From Octopus vulgaris (taxonomy: Eukaryota), in NCBI GenBank assembly GCA_951406725.2, contig OX597821.1, positions 89,032,001 through 89,096,000 of the forward strand: a DNA stretch of 64,000 nt, read 5' to 3'. The stretch's first letter is position 1; each line of letters starts with the position of its first letter. The translations under genes and the position numbers were made by a program. Shown here one piece after another: positions 12,962 to 27,589 of the stretch. The notes under the pieces are model-generated. The model was not told where the DNA came from. It was given only the letters and a program-made list of their open reading frames with translations, and searched no databases.

Positions 12962-13566
12962 GCACATATATTTCAATATATAAACCAACGAGGTATGATT
13001 CCATAAATCTATATTATATTTGTACATCGGTATTTGTGTCGTTCGTTGAAAAGGCTTTATTTAACAATATATATTTTCTGCTTAGTATCTTTTTTCTTTT
13101 CCCTACCATTAACAACATATGTGATCTGGATTCAGAATTACATAGCAAAGCTCTTTCTTCATATTTCACTTCTTAACTTTCTTTCATTTCATTTCAATTC
13201 ATTTTTTTTTTTTCATTTGGTGTTGTTCAGTGTGATTCTTCTGCCATTGTTTGGTGTTAAGAAATACAGTTACTTTTTTTTTTTCTCTTTATATCTTTAT
13301 ATCCATTAGCAGACGTTTTAAAGGAGTCGTAAAGTACATGTATGTGTTTTATAAATATATGCGTATGTGGCATAAGGCATATATATCTATGCATGTATGT
13401 GCGTATATATACATGTATCAGTGTGTGTGAATATATATACACATATGTATATACATATACACACACACACACACAAATATATATATATATATATATATGC
13501 ATAACATATACGTATATATATATATGTATATATATACATACATATATCTATCTATCTATCTATCTA

Positions 13567-13654
<88 letters not shown>

Positions 13655-13951
13655 TGTATATGTATGTGGATTTTTACATGTATAATTATATGTATATACA
13701 TGTATAATATATATATATATATATATAAACACTCACACACCCATCGATATGTGAAAATACACACGCCTATGTAATCTTTTGTTCTTTTCCATGAATAGGA
13801 AACCATTATGAATCGGCCAACTACACACGAGAGTCTTGCTATTTCCACACATACGCACATATATACGAAGTGATTCGTGTACGAATGTATATATTTACTA
13901 ATATATGAACCAGTGTGGGAATCTGTGTTTTTATGCATCCATTTATGTGTG

Positions 13952-13983
<32 letters not shown>

Positions 13984-14089
13984 CATACACACATACAAAC
14001 ATATATATATAAACATATATTTATATATACGTATAAGTGTGTATATATGTAGGTTTGTAAGTGGCATAGAAGACACTAGATTAATAAAT

Positions 14090-14172
14090 TTCTTATTACT
14101 ATTATTATCATTATTATTATTATTATTATTATTATGATTATTATTATTATTATTATAATTATTATTGTTATG

Positions 14173-14226
<54 letters not shown>

Positions 14227-14249
14227 ATTATTATTATTACTATTATTAC

Positions 14250-14286
<37 letters not shown>

Positions 14287-14305
14287 GTTATTACTATTAT
14301 TATTA

Positions 14306-14363
<58 letters not shown>

Positions 14364-14398
14364 TTTATTATGATTATGATTATTGTTATTATTATTAC

Positions 14399-14448
<50 letters not shown>

Positions 14449-14450
14449 TG
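14090..14450. repeat. (ATT)n microsatellite
   Basis: Direct reading. Confidence 0.95.
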
Positions 14451-15476
14451 CAGTTGTTATTTACATTGTTGCTATTACTATTATTGTTTATAATTACGAT
14501 CATTTGCAGCAATGACAACAACAACAACAACAACAACGGCGATAATAATACCTTTGCAATACTAAAACACAGAATGCTAGACATAAAGAAAAGAAGAAAA
14601 TGAGGTTACGTAAAGTCTCCTTGAATGCTATAAGCTCCATTCCGTCTAAATAATACATGTAGCATTGATGCTAAATTCACTACTTTCAATTTTATGCTTT
14701 TTCTTCTGATAATTTTCTAGCATGCAAATCATTCAGCTTCTAGGATTAGAAAATAAATCGTACATCTCCACGCAGCCTATATATGCATTCGTATCCCACC
14801 ACACACACACACATGTGTATATTTACATATAAATATATATGTTTATGCTTATATGACAATATATTTACACACACAAATATTTACATATATTTACACACAC
14901 AAATATTTACATATATAAACAAACACATATGCGGGTATAGTCGTTTGTTCATTACTAACTAAAAAATACGTTTACTCACATACACTAATCTGTGTGTGTG
15001 CGTATACACTTATACTTCTACATATGCATGCAAACAGTCACACACACAAACACTGGGCGTTATGTCCATCTGTCTGTACCCTCTTCACGGTCAATCCGCT
15101 AGACCAATACTCACGATGCTTTTCAGAATTACCAAGGAGATAATCAGAAAGGTTTTTAGCAAAAACAAAATGTGAAAAAGCATGGTTATTTAGTGAATAT
15201 TGAGGATAATTTTTCAGTTTACGGGCGTAAAAATAAGTAAATAAAAATTAAGTGGGAGATATCTAATAAAAGAAGTAAAGGGAAGTAAGTCTACTTCTTA
15301 CTGTAATTGGCGTATGCCTGTCTGTGTGTCTGTTTCCTTTTCACAGTGAAATCGCCGGACCAATGGTGCGAAGTTTCTAGGAATTACGAAGAAGGTAATC
15401 AGGAGAAAATGTTAAAAGGTATTATTTAGTGGATACTGAATTTTGTATTAATAAGTCACCTTTGATTTTGTTTTTG

Positions 15477-15871
15477 TAGGAGTGCCTGTGTGGTAAGTAG
15501 CTTGCTTACGAACCACATGGTTCCGCGTTCAGGCCCACTACGTGGCACCTTGGGCAAGTATCTTCTACTGTAGCCTCGGGCCGACTAATGCCTTGTGAGT
15601 GGATTTGGTAGACGGAAACTGAAAGAAGCCCGTCGTATATATGTATATATATATATGTATCTTTGCGTGTATGTGTTTGTCCTCCAGACATCGCTTGACA
15701 ACCGACGCTGGTGTGTTTACATCCCCGTAACTTAGCGGTTCGGCAAAAGAGACTGATATAATAAGTACTAGGTTTACAAAGAATAAGTCCTGAGCTCCAT
15801 TTGTTCGACTAAAGGCGGTGCTCCAGCATGGCCTCAGTCAAATGACTGAAACAAGTAAAAGAGTAAAGAGT
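15477..15871 (+). mobile_element. SINE family 1 copy
   Basis: Colinear with 4199-4600. Confidence 0.88.
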
Positions 15872-15939
15872 ATTCCGGCGACGAGGATTAACTCTGGATT
15901 TCCCCACACCATCACCGTATAGTTCGTGAATTTAGAGTG

Positions 15940-16183
15940 TTTAAATTTGCGATACTATCCCTTTCTTTCTCATCATCGATGAGCAGATTCCGAAAGATGT
16001 CGCTCGTGCATTCACATCAAACAAGGCACAGAGCCAGACTGTGGATGGTGTTGGCGTATTTTTACCCACTCCGATGATTACACACGGCCAGCTGTACGTG
16101 CTATGAGTTGAGCGACGGACTACTGTAATTTGAAAATTAATTTCAACCAAACAGAAAATATTGCCTGCAAAGAAGTTTTGTAA
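15940..16183 (+). pseudogene. Helitron PIF1-like helicase C-terminal remnant
   Basis: QIPKDVARAFTSNKAQSQTVDGVGVFLPTPMITHGQLYV and terminal TENIACKEVL* match the Helitron pattern TINKAQGQT...HGQLYVA...YKEVL*. Confidence 0.8.
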
Positions 16184-16326
16184 TCATATTAATATGATTA
16201 GAAATAAAGGAATATGATTCATAGTCGAAAGGAATATGATTCGTAATTTAAATAAGGAACTTTGTGAACTTTGAATGTATAAGAGTATAAACAAGCGTAA
16301 AAAAGTGTAAGCAACTAAAATAAAAG

Positions 16327-16331
<5 letters not shown>

Positions 16332-16364
<33 letters not shown>

Positions 16365-16680
16365 TGTGTACAGTGCTCAGGTGCACTACAACTCATCTAA
16401 AGTGTATATATAATCAGGTGTAGTTTCGGCGGATTTCGGAAAGCATGAGGGCCTTAAAGGATGCAGTGTCATGGCAGTCAACAACTGACGCAGGCAGTTT
16501 ATTCCATGCTTCAGCAACTCTGAGCGTGAAAAAATGTTTCCGAAAGTCATGGGAGCTGTGTTGTTTTCTGACTTTGTAGGCATGTCCACGTGTGTTAGAC
16601 ACATGGAGATCAAAAAGGTGTTCAGTGTTGTTGTTGGTGAGGTGGTTGATAACTTTGTGGGTGTTATCAAATAACATTTT
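16332..16680 (-). mobile_element. 5'-truncated CR1 LINE 3' end with (ATT)n tail
   Basis: SNTRGHAYKV...RKHFFTLRVAEAWNKLPASVV...SFK is a typical CR1 ORF2 C-terminus. Confidence 0.85.
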
Positions 16681-17069
16681 TTTCTTGATGCTTTTTATGT
16701 AGTGGTTGAAAGGATGAAGTGGCTTCATTAGGAGAGCTCCACATAAACATATCGTCATCACATGTCACTTAGTCGCAAACATATGCCATATAGCTGCATT
16801 TGAATACTGCATCATCAACAATAAAGTGATTTCTCTAAGACATCACCCAGCAATCTATCAAGTCCATTAACACACTTCTCAATACATACTGGTGTTATGA
16901 CTTCCCTACCTCATTTTATGCTTTCATCGTAGATGAGTGTATTTGCTAGTATGAATAGTTGTATACTTACGTGAATATGCATGCGTAATTTCATAGATAT
17001 ATGTACACACACATACATACACACACGCACACGCACACACACATACACACACACACATATATATATATA

Positions 17070-17275
17070 TACTCATTTCTCATTTACTTGTTTCAGTCAT
17101 TTGACTGTGACCATGCTGGAGCACCGCCTTTAATCGAGCAAATCGACCCCAGGACTTATTCTTTGTAAGCCTAGTACTTATTCTATCGGTCTCTTTTACC
17201 GAACTGCTAAGTTACGGGGACGTAAACACACCAGCATCGGTTGTCAAGTGATGTTGGGGGGATAAACACAACACA
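17070..17275 (-). mobile_element. SINE family 1, 3' half
   Basis: Reverse complement of the 3' half of 4199-4600. Confidence 0.85.
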
Positions 17276-17295
17276 AACATACACACACACACACA

Positions 17296-17365
<70 letters not shown>

Positions 17366-17448
17366 CAACAATTGAGGGTTAGTAACGAGCGAATCTTCGA
17401 AAGGGTATGTTCTTACTTTCAGTGTTTCCAAACAAACCAAGGAATTTC

Positions 17449-17500
17449 TGAGCTGAAGATAGAAGTGTTGTTTTGACTAATCTTGAAACGTACGTACTCA
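17449..17500 (+). ncRNA. Minimal type I hammerhead in a PLE-like fragment (17361-17683)
   Basis: TGAG CTGAAGA ... GAAAC GTAC GT A CTCA; palindromic stem III ACGTACGT; stem II imperfect. Confidence 0.7.
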
Positions 17501-17678
17501 AATAACCTTAGCATTTGATTTTTTAATGTCCTTACCCCCAAACTTTTGTGAGTTGAATTAGGCAAACGCTATATATGAGAGAGATTTTCTTTAAGTATTA
17601 GAAATAGTTTTAAAAAGTTTTTTAGCTGCTATTTCTAATGAGTTCAGTATGCGGCGAAGTAATTTATTTTACTAAGCC

Positions 17679-17726
<48 letters not shown>

Positions 17727-17745
17727 CATACATACCATACATACC

Positions 17746-18500
17746 AGTGTTCTTTCCGAAATGCGTGCAAAGCGGTTGAGCAGTTTTTGCAAGCACCCAA
17801 TCAGTACATGGGTATTAATGATTTGCGGATATTCGTCGGACGTTTGTTGGGAGGATCGAGCTATCAACTGAATCCATCTTGAAAATCGCACTGATTCCTT
17901 CTTTTGATTGGAAAAGTTAGGCAGTTTTCCTCTACTTGAGGGTTATGGCTAAAGACATAGTTGTACGAGATGCAGGTTTGAAACAATTGTAAATAAAAAG
18001 AAAGGCCTTATACATGAATGAAATTGAATCAGAGCAAACAAAACATAACATCAACGGAATAAAAATATACACGAAAATATAAGCAAGTTGACAAAATTAT
18101 GTATCTGAATAAGAATTTATTGATTCATCGTTTCAGTTTGATATTCATCTACAACAGGACAAGACGAAACATTGATGATGAAAGGTAACAAACAACGTTA
18201 GAATTAGTTGTCATATCACATCGATGTTCTCTGCAAAGCCTTCTTCTATTTGACAAATATAGACAGTAATTAAAATAGTTGCCGAAATGGATTCAACGTA
18301 GTTCATCTCATCACAGCAGTGATCGGCGATGCTACTGACTTGACTTTGGCAATTTGACAACATAGAAAATCTTTGCAGAATTGTTCTGCCTCATCTACGC
18401 TTTCAGTTGTATTCTGATCGTAACTAATCTTATATATCCAATCTATAATCGCTACGTGGCCGAAACAATCAGGAAACGAAAACCCATTAAAAGCAGTACG
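17746..18500 (-). mobile_element. Possible decayed hAT-like DNA transposon
   Basis: Weak transposase-like peptide fragments on the minus strand and a CAGTGTT end; heavily degenerate. Confidence 0.3.
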
Positions 18501-18819
18501 GAATTATTTACTCATTCTGTATAAGCTGATGTACCCGTCGTCACCGTTGTTATCGCCGTTATCTTCATCGTGAACCGCATAGTCGTTGGTGGTGTTGATG
18601 GTTGTGGCGGGAACATCCCATCATCATCGTCATCATCATTATCGTCGTCGCCCATGTTATCATCTTTCACGTCGTCGTTTCTGACGCTATTATCAGCTTC
18701 ATGCTATCACATTCGTCGTTGTTTTGATCTCTGTCGTTCTTGCCAGGAACATCATTATCCCTCATCACTACCACCAACACCACTGCTACCTAAACCACTA
18801 CCCTCACCCCACTACCACC

Positions 18820-18936
18820 GTCGTCATCGTTATCGCCATCATCATCATAGTCATCCTCCTCATCATCATCATCTTCATTATCATCATCATTATCATCATC
18901 ATCATCATCATCATCATCATCTTCATCCTCATCATC

Positions 18937-18972
<36 letters not shown>

Positions 18973-18991
18973 TTCATCATCATCATCTTCG

Positions 18992-19025
<34 letters not shown>

Positions 19026-19132
19026 CATCATCATCATCATCATATTCATCCTCATCATCTTCATCCTCATCATCTTCATCATCATCATCTTCATCATCAT
19101 CATCATCATCATCATCTTCATCATCATCTTCG

Positions 19133-19163
<31 letters not shown>

Positions 19164-19248
19164 CCTCCTCCTCATCGTCATCGTCATCGTCATCATCCTC
19201 ATCCTCATCCTCATCATCATCATCATCCTCATCATCATCATCATCATC

Positions 19249-19291
<43 letters not shown>

Positions 19292-19360
19292 CCACCATCA
19301 TCATCATCATCATCAACATCACCAACATCATCATCCTCTTCAACCTCACCATCATCGTCA
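18820..19360. repeat. Imperfect (CAT)n tract
   Basis: Direct reading; source of the poly-H, poly-I and poly-M ORFs. Confidence 0.95.
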
Positions 19361-20594
19361 GTTCCTTCTGTTTCCTACACACAATCATCCCGCTCCTTTT
19401 CATCACAATCAACCACTACCATGTCCCTTAACTTTAATTATATTCGTTATTGACATTGCAGTCATTGTTCTACTCGTCGTCATATTTGTTATCACCAGTC
19501 TTTTTTAGAATCACCATCGTCATCAATTATATTCTTGTCGTCATCTTTGTCATCTTCGTTGTTATTGATGATGATATTGTTCAGCTCCGAGTGCTCCCAC
19601 ATTGAGCTGATCTATGATCAAAAGTTTTCCGTTCTTTAATTTAGGTTTTTCTAGATTATATAACGTATGCTTTCCTTATTATATAAAAGAACAAATTATT
19701 ACCTCAGAGCGGTTTCGCTGTTGTTTATTTCTTATCCTAGTAAACTCGTAGGGATTCCCATGTTAGTTCACTGTTATCGTCACCATATTTAATATAGCTG
19801 TTAAATTCAGTTACGCCGTAACAGAGAACAAAACCGATCAAAATTATTCAAGAAACGGCGATTCATTTTTTTTTCAGTAATTTCCACTTACATACATAAC
19901 CATCTTTCACCCTATTTACTAAATCAATTACAGCTGGCCACTTTGCACTCTCACCAACTTTTATCTATGGTCCGTCCATCAAGCTGGTTTTAATCTATAT
20001 GTTTAAATACACTACATCGTTTGCCTAAATATACACACTCACCACACAAAACAAGCTTCATACACCCAACAATCTCACACCAACACCACGAGACATTAGC
20101 AGTCATTCACTAAAGTGAGCACACAAACACACACAGCATAAACACGCACACATGCACACACAGACGTACGTGCGTGCACGCACACATACACTAGCACACA
20201 CCACACATCACAATATCTCAATGAACCATCGTCTCTTGTACCAATAGACAGATACCCACAAATCTGTCAACCTCTAACTTCTTGTATCACAAGCATTACT
20301 AACCATATATTTTTCTCAGAGAATACTCATTTTCATCGAGTCTGAACTCCTGGTACATCGAACAACCAAGCTATGCATGTGTTTGCCGAAGTAAATATCA
20401 AGCACTTCTTCATTCACACCATACACCTACTGCACATATGATAATGAATGTATCAATACTCACAAACACACAGATATATAACTATATAAAGTATGTATAT
20501 ATACCACACACGTATATATATAATATACCGCGTGTGTATCGTTGGCGATTTTCTTTCTCTGTCTTCCCTTCCTTGGACCTTTCCTTTTTCTATG

Positions 20595-20626
20595 TTCTGA
20601 CGAAGAGTTCTGCTCGAAACGTTAAA
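20595..20626 (+). ncRNA. Minimal hammerhead-like motif
   Basis: TT CTGACGA A GAG TTCTG CTC GAAAC GT T AAA; weak stem I, extra A after A9. Confidence 0.55.
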
Positions 20627-20721
20627 TCCTCTATCCTTCTTTCCTTTCCTGAGCATCCAATAACACTAGATTTGTTTCACGTCAACGCGTTGTTGTGTTT
20701 TCGCTTTGCTCATGTTTGGAG

Positions 20722-20752
<31 letters not shown>

Positions 20753-20822
20753 TTCGTTTTGGGATTTGGTTTGCAAGATTCTGTATATGAGTTCGTGTGT
20801 TGAAGCATATTCTGTTGTATCC

Positions 20823-21060
20823 GGGGAGAGTCATTTTCTTTTTGTGCCTTATAATTTAACACACGCGCCGGTAAAATTTTCACTTATTTCTTATTTTTAT
20901 TTTCCTAAAATTTTCGTTGTGTCTTGCAACCTTTTCAAGAGTCAAGACTATTGAAAAGCTTGCAAGACGCAGCAAAAATTTTAGGAAAATAAAAATAAGA
21001 AATAAGTGGAAATTTTACCGGTGTTAAATTATAAGGCACAAAAAGAAAATGACTCTCCCC
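20823..21060. repeat. Near-perfect fold-back (~118-bp arms) with head-to-head TTGAAAA-core hammerhead remnants at the centre
   Basis: 20823-20943 is the reverse complement of 20946-21060; minus arm reads TTGAAAA G GTTGC AAGAC ACAAC GAAA ATT T TAGG. Confidence 0.8.
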
Positions 21061-21277
21061 AGACACAATAGTACGCATATGCACACATACATACATATAT
21101 ATATATACACACACACACATAAATAGATAGATAGGTAGATAGATAGACTGATAGATAAGTAAGTGTATATATATATATAACGGGAAGCTTTATGAAAATA
21201 AACAAAAGACGAAGGCAGGTGGAATACAAACAAACAATTGTATTAGTATGGCGCTCAGGAATATAAATAAAACAAGT

Positions 21278-21313
21278 CTTTTACGTTTCGAGCCTACGCT
21301 CTTCAACAGAAAG
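21278..21313 (-). ncRNA. Minimal hammerhead variant (CTGTTGA core)
   Basis: Minus strand CTTT CTGTTGA A GAGC GTAG GCTC GAAAC GT A AAAG; perfect stems I and II; in a 210-bp module between (TA)n tracts. Confidence 0.65.
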
Positions 21314-21387
21314 ATACACGGAAAAGAAACACGGAGAGAAACAAGGAGAGAAAAAAAAATGCGTGCAGAGGCTAGCGAATCAACATG

Positions 21388-21441
<54 letters not shown>

Positions 21442-21479
21442 TGTGTATGTGCATGTGTTTGTATACATATATATATATG

Positions 21480-21516
<37 letters not shown>

Positions 21517-21724
21517 TTGCACACGCACCAATTAAGATTGTATGACTTTGCGTGAGACACAGCTCAAGTCGAAAGATGATTATCACAAACATCCTCCACA
21601 CACACATGTGTGTATGTGTGTGTATGTGTGTGTTATGCCATTGTATGCATATGTGCATTGGTTGTACGTTAAACCTATTACATATTCATTATTAGATCAA
21701 CAGATAATTATTATACTTTCTTAT

Positions 21725-21762
<38 letters not shown>

Positions 21763-21876
21763 TTATCTTTTTTTAATAATTTTGATATATATTTAAAATA
21801 ATATAAATTAATTAATCTTATGTATTGACTTAAGTTTTTCATTGTATAATTTGCCTAATAGTGGTTTTATCTCTAA

Positions 21877-21951
<75 letters not shown>

Positions 21952-22988
21952 TATATATATACATATACACATGTATATATATATGCATATATATATATAC
22001 ATAACTTATAAAGGCTTATAATATATTACATATATATATGCATATATGCATATGTATACATACAAGTCTATATATGTGCATATATGTATACATATATATA
22101 TATATGCGTGTATATATATCTGTGTGTGTGTGGATGAGTTGGTAAAATTATACACGTTTTCTAAATAAATGATCCATAAAATTCCAGCACAAACATCAAC
22201 GTGTTAAACCCCATTTTCTATACCACTGGAAAACTGATTCAGAAACACTAGTCCAATCAACAGAAAACAATGTACACATATTGACTTTGTTTCTATGTTC
22301 CCCATGTGTAACCAAATCAAATGGAACATAATTTCTCTTCCAGCTGTATACCACAACTTTGAAACATTTGATTTTGTTGTTGCGATTGGTGTAATCTATA
22401 TTTTTTTTTCGTTTCTACTATATATTGTTTTAGAGATATTGTGCGAATATATGAGTTATGTGTGAGTATGTGGCTTTTCATATATTTATATTTTTTCGTT
22501 GGAATATATTTCTTGTCTACTTTTATTTCATTTCAGATCTTACAAGCATGCACATACCAACATAAATCTGTTTCACTCTGAATATAGATGTATATATTTT
22601 GTATCTATCTTTCTCTACTTCCTGTCAAAACCTGTCTACATAGGTCTGTAAAAGTATATAGATATATATACATAGATACATGCACAGGTATGGAGAGAGC
22701 TTCTCACCTTCATATTTATTATGTGTATCTTTATACACTACACACTCCCACATAGAGCTATATAAATACACATGTACCTATATACACACATGTACCTATA
22801 TACACACAAAATTGTTCAGTGTGAGAGAGCATTGATCAAGTTTTAATACACCTATAACAGATATGTAAAGTAGGATGTCGATAGATAAACAGCTCAAAAT
22901 ATATGCAGAGCTAGATCCACATCTCTTCGTTCATCAGCCTTCTCTCTTATTCTATCTCTATCTCGCTCTCCCTCTCTGTATATAAATG

Positions 22989-23022
<34 letters not shown>

Positions 23023-23245
23023 CATATATACATATATGCATACATATATACACACACACATGTATATATACACATACATATATACTTATATATATTTATA
23101 TATATGTAAATATATATGTATATATAAATATATATATATAAATATATATATATGCATACATACATATATATATATATATACATATACACAAATATATCAA
23201 AAATATATATCTGACCACATACATGCATACAAGCATGTGGGTGTG

Positions 23246-23282
<37 letters not shown>

Positions 23283-23325
23283 GGGGTGTATGTAAAAATA
23301 GATATATACAAAGATAGATAGAAAG

Positions 23326-23381
23326 CTATATATATATATATATATATAGATAGATAGATAGATAGATAGACATATAGATAA

Positions 23382-23424
<43 letters not shown>

Positions 23425-23620
23425 GATAGATAAATAGATAGTTAGATAGATAGATAGATAGACAGAGCGGCAGGTATGTATGTAGCTAAGTAGGCAGGAA
23501 GGTAGATAGGTAGGTAGGTAGATAGGTAGGTCGTTAAGTAGGTAGGTAGGTAGGTAGGTAGGTAGGTAGGTAGGTAGGTAGGTAGGTAGGTAGGTAGGTT
23601 GGTAGGTAGGTAGGTAGGGA
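23326..23620. repeat. (TA)n-(GATA)n-(GGTA)n compound microsatellite
   Basis: Direct reading. Confidence 0.95.
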
Positions 23621-24383
23621 GCGGGATTCATATATATGTCAATACCAATAATTATGATATAAATTCAAATTATTGAACCACAGTTACAGAAAATTTATTC
23701 CTGGGGTATTTTCTAAAATGGTAAAGATGGGAGAAAAAATGTAATAAAATCTTAATCAAAGTTTCGCCATCTCAAGAGAAACCCCTGGAAAGGCAATAAA
23801 TGACATTGAATAAGGCACTTACATTACTTCAGCTGTCGTAGATGTTGCATAAAAAACACACCGAAATATCTTTTCCACACCACCACAACATTTAAGGTAA
23901 AAACTTACTTTTCCATACCTTGTTGCTGACAGAATCAATAAGGTAGCATGTATAAACGTCTAAAGCAGAAAAATTTTGAATTGAAGTAATAACACATGGG
24001 AATAAATAAACATGCTAGAAAATACTAGAAAATGCAATAAATTGTAAGGCATTATACAAAGTGCTGTATAAGTATATAAACACAAACTTGTACAATTGTA
24101 CAAATGTAGGCATAACTACAATACAAAATACGAGAGGAAACAATTTACTGGTGAGAGAAGAATAGGTAAAAATAGAAGAATTCACGTGTGAGAATACTGA
24201 ATTGTATTTTCTCGTGATTTTCAAATCAAGAGCATATGCATTGACACATCTCATTCAAAATGTCACCAAAAAGCAGGAACCTAGAAGTCATGTCGGTTTC
24301 TAAGATGTGTGTATATATATATATATATATACAAGCCTATATACATACATATATACATACATATACATACATACATACACACG

Positions 24384-24480
<97 letters not shown>

Positions 24481-24872
24481 GGATGCATATATTTGTATTT
24501 ATGGAACGCCAGAGATTTGCGAAGTAGCAATGTGCGTGTTGTCAAAGAACTTATGGACATTTTTTTTTATGCTATACGAGATGAACCCATATTGCAACAG
24601 AAAACACAAACAAAAGCAGATCTATCCAAGTCACAACTTTACCAGAAACAATTCCAGAAAGTAAGCTGTGAAGTGAATGTGTAATATAAACCAATGACAC
24701 TAAAAGCGATGCCACGGCAGGTACATTTATCACCCCCGCCTGTCTTTGTCTCTTTCTCTCTCTTCCTCTCACACATACATTCTATCTATCTATCTATCTA
24801 TCTATCTACATATTTATCTGTCTTTCTGTATATCTACCTATATGTATATGTATATGTATATATATATGTAGA

Positions 24873-24922
<50 letters not shown>

Positions 24923-24934
24923 GAAATGTGTGAG

Positions 24935-24971
<37 letters not shown>

Positions 24972-25298
24972 CAAAAAAATAAGCGTGAAAAAATTGGATA
25001 TTTACTTTAATGGCTGTGCTAATTCTCCTTGGAAACAACTTTTGGTGGTTGAGACCATAGCGGATCTATTTTTAGCGCAAGAGTCGACCACATAGTGGAT
25101 ACTCTCTTATATTTGTGTATATTTATATATATATATAGTTGAAATGTGTGAGTATTTATATATATATATATGTATAAAGGAATAGTTCGTATGAAGCATT
25201 ATGTGGAACATATTACATAGAATTCATGCGTAAGGCCGGAACAATGCGAAATAAATCCAAGGCAAGTCACAAGAAAGCAGGCATATGACTTTCCCAGC

Positions 25299-25336
25299 AT
25301 TCAATATTTCAGGTTTATGACCTCTTCTTCAGGAAT
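25299..25336 (-). ncRNA. Minimal hammerhead in a probable decayed PLE 3' end (25175-25960)
   Basis: Minus strand ATTC CTGAAGA AG AGGT CATAA ACCT GAAAT AT T GAAT. Confidence 0.6.
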
Positions 25337-27589
25337 TACCGATTGTTGCAGCTGTATATGTCCGTGAATTTGTGGAGAAGGTTGTTGTTATACCAACCAG
25401 CTAGTTTCATATAGCTGTCCTCTGATGTTGATAGCCGGCTTCTGTTGGTGTATTAATATGACTTCGGTGATTCTAGGGTTCTCTCCTTTCTCATCAATGT
25501 TTGAGGCAGCCTGGTCTGTGCTGGGATCAATCTGAAATTTACAGTTAAGTTTGTTTAATGTTGTAATTGTAAGTTCATCTTTTTATGTTATGCGTTTTAC
25601 TTAATTATTCATTGTGGGTTTTGCGTTTGCGACTGGTGTATGCATCGGATGCCTGTGCATTCCATTGTTTAATATCTGATTTATGTTATGAAAAATTCGT
25701 CTTCCGACTTTGAAAGTATCTCCCGAAGTTTGATAGACAAGTGCAGTAAGTTTCCGTTAGTTGTGTGACTTTTGGCTTCGAGTGTTGAAAGACTGCATAC
25801 TTGAGAATGCACTGGTCCTTGTAAACCAATGTCTTCAGACTGTGGTGAAAGTACTGTGCTGAGATTCAATGAACTGTGGTTTGTGTTCATTTTGTAGTAA
25901 AGAATTGCTGCAGAAATCATCTCTGGCATGTGTCGTCAGATTTTCATAGAATTAATTTCATAGCAAAATGTTTTCATAACATCCATTCTATCAACTATAA
26001 TGCACCAAAGAACATTCTTTGGGCTACAGTGATTTAGTTGAGTTTCCTTATTGAGAAATTCCTTCAACATAGACTGAATTGCTCCAGAATGTTTCGGATT
26101 TAGGTTTTATGAACAGAGACTCAACTCATCGATTTTTCTCTGGATTAATTGAAATTTAGCGTTGCACCCCATATCACTGTGCAACACTATTTCATTTACT
26201 GAAAATACGTCATGTCCACACACAGTCTGCATTATTTAGCTTCACCTAGAATGTTAATCTTATTCATAGAAGTAACGTTTCGCATTTGCATGGCCTGTAT
26301 GCTACTTTCCAATTACCAGTGATGCATATTCATACACAGAAAATGTTATCTCTAAACTATTTGCTTCCGTTTTGTTTTCGTACTGCTGACCATATTACTG
26401 CAGTTGTCAGCATCATGCTACAGTTCATATTCATAGTTATTTACCACTTCAACTATACAGACTGCAAACAGGAGTGCCCCAAATATTAAATTTTGTTAGA
26501 TTAAGAAAGCAGTGTGTTGACCTAAAATGGCGACCTTGCTGTATTGCCCATTAAAATAGTTTTGAAATTGCCTAGTCGTTGCCTGAGATATTTACTTGTG
26601 TTGTATATGCTGATTTGTTGTGTTAAACGTTGATATACAATGCTATGTTAAATATCTCCTGGCCTAGGCCAAGGTTGTTCTTCTATCTGTAGAAGATGTA
26701 AATCAGAATATCTGATGTATTGTCATTGGCTAAGACGAATTCAAGAACAGAGCTTGTCGTTTAGTTTATAGTTTTGCAGTTGTTTCTGGACTCCTTTTTC
26801 AATAATTGATAATGGAGTAAGTAAACAGGTCAACATATTATAAAGATTAAATCTAAAGTCTCTTATCTATATTTAGAAATCACAGGGTGCAACATCCTCT
26901 GGTGTGGAGATACAAAACAAATTATGCACAGATGATGAAGCGACACAGACTCTCTTCCTTTGCGCTTCCCTTGTGATGTATATTTCATACATGTGTATAT
27001 TGCCACAGGTGAATAGCAAACTGTTTGTTTCCTACAGTATTCACTTTGAAATTTGAACCGAAATATTTGAAATGACTGATATTAATATTTAGATTTCGTT
27101 ATATTTCAAAGATGTTGATAGTATTGCTATATATTGATTTTCGTCATTCATTAGTAGCAAAGCTTTGTAAATACAACGGTTTTCCTTTATCATTTGTATT
27201 TGATTGTTAAGTTATAGTGAAACGACCGATCGGTTACAAGATATCTACCGTGATTTATCGAAAATTGACGGTGATGGAAGAGTAGTTTTACAGAATAACT
27301 CGAAATATTTGGAGGAAAAGCAACCTAGGTTCTTTGCTGAAGGGTCTTACCTGGCATAATGAAATCCAAATGTTACCAGGTATTGTTCATATTGTAAATA
27401 TGTGTATCATGATATCGTATTTTTCAGCATACAAGTTGAACTTTACAGGCTAAAATACAAAGACAATAAAGGCTGATTAACTTATACACGAAAATGAATT
27501 TGGATTTCCAAGCATTCTATATACAATATTGCAGGATTGGAAAGATAGCAATAATGTTTAAATGTTTACATTATATACTACGTCGACTT

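Noticed and set aside
15060-15470. Degenerate ~250-bp tandem duplication resembling Helitron 5' sequence
   Set aside because: Plausibly part of the 15.9 kb Helitron but too decayed to delimit.
18570-19508. 312-aa His-rich ORF and overlapping poly-I/poly-M ORFs
   Set aside because: Translation of a (CAT)n tract that is open in several frames; no domain or splice evidence.
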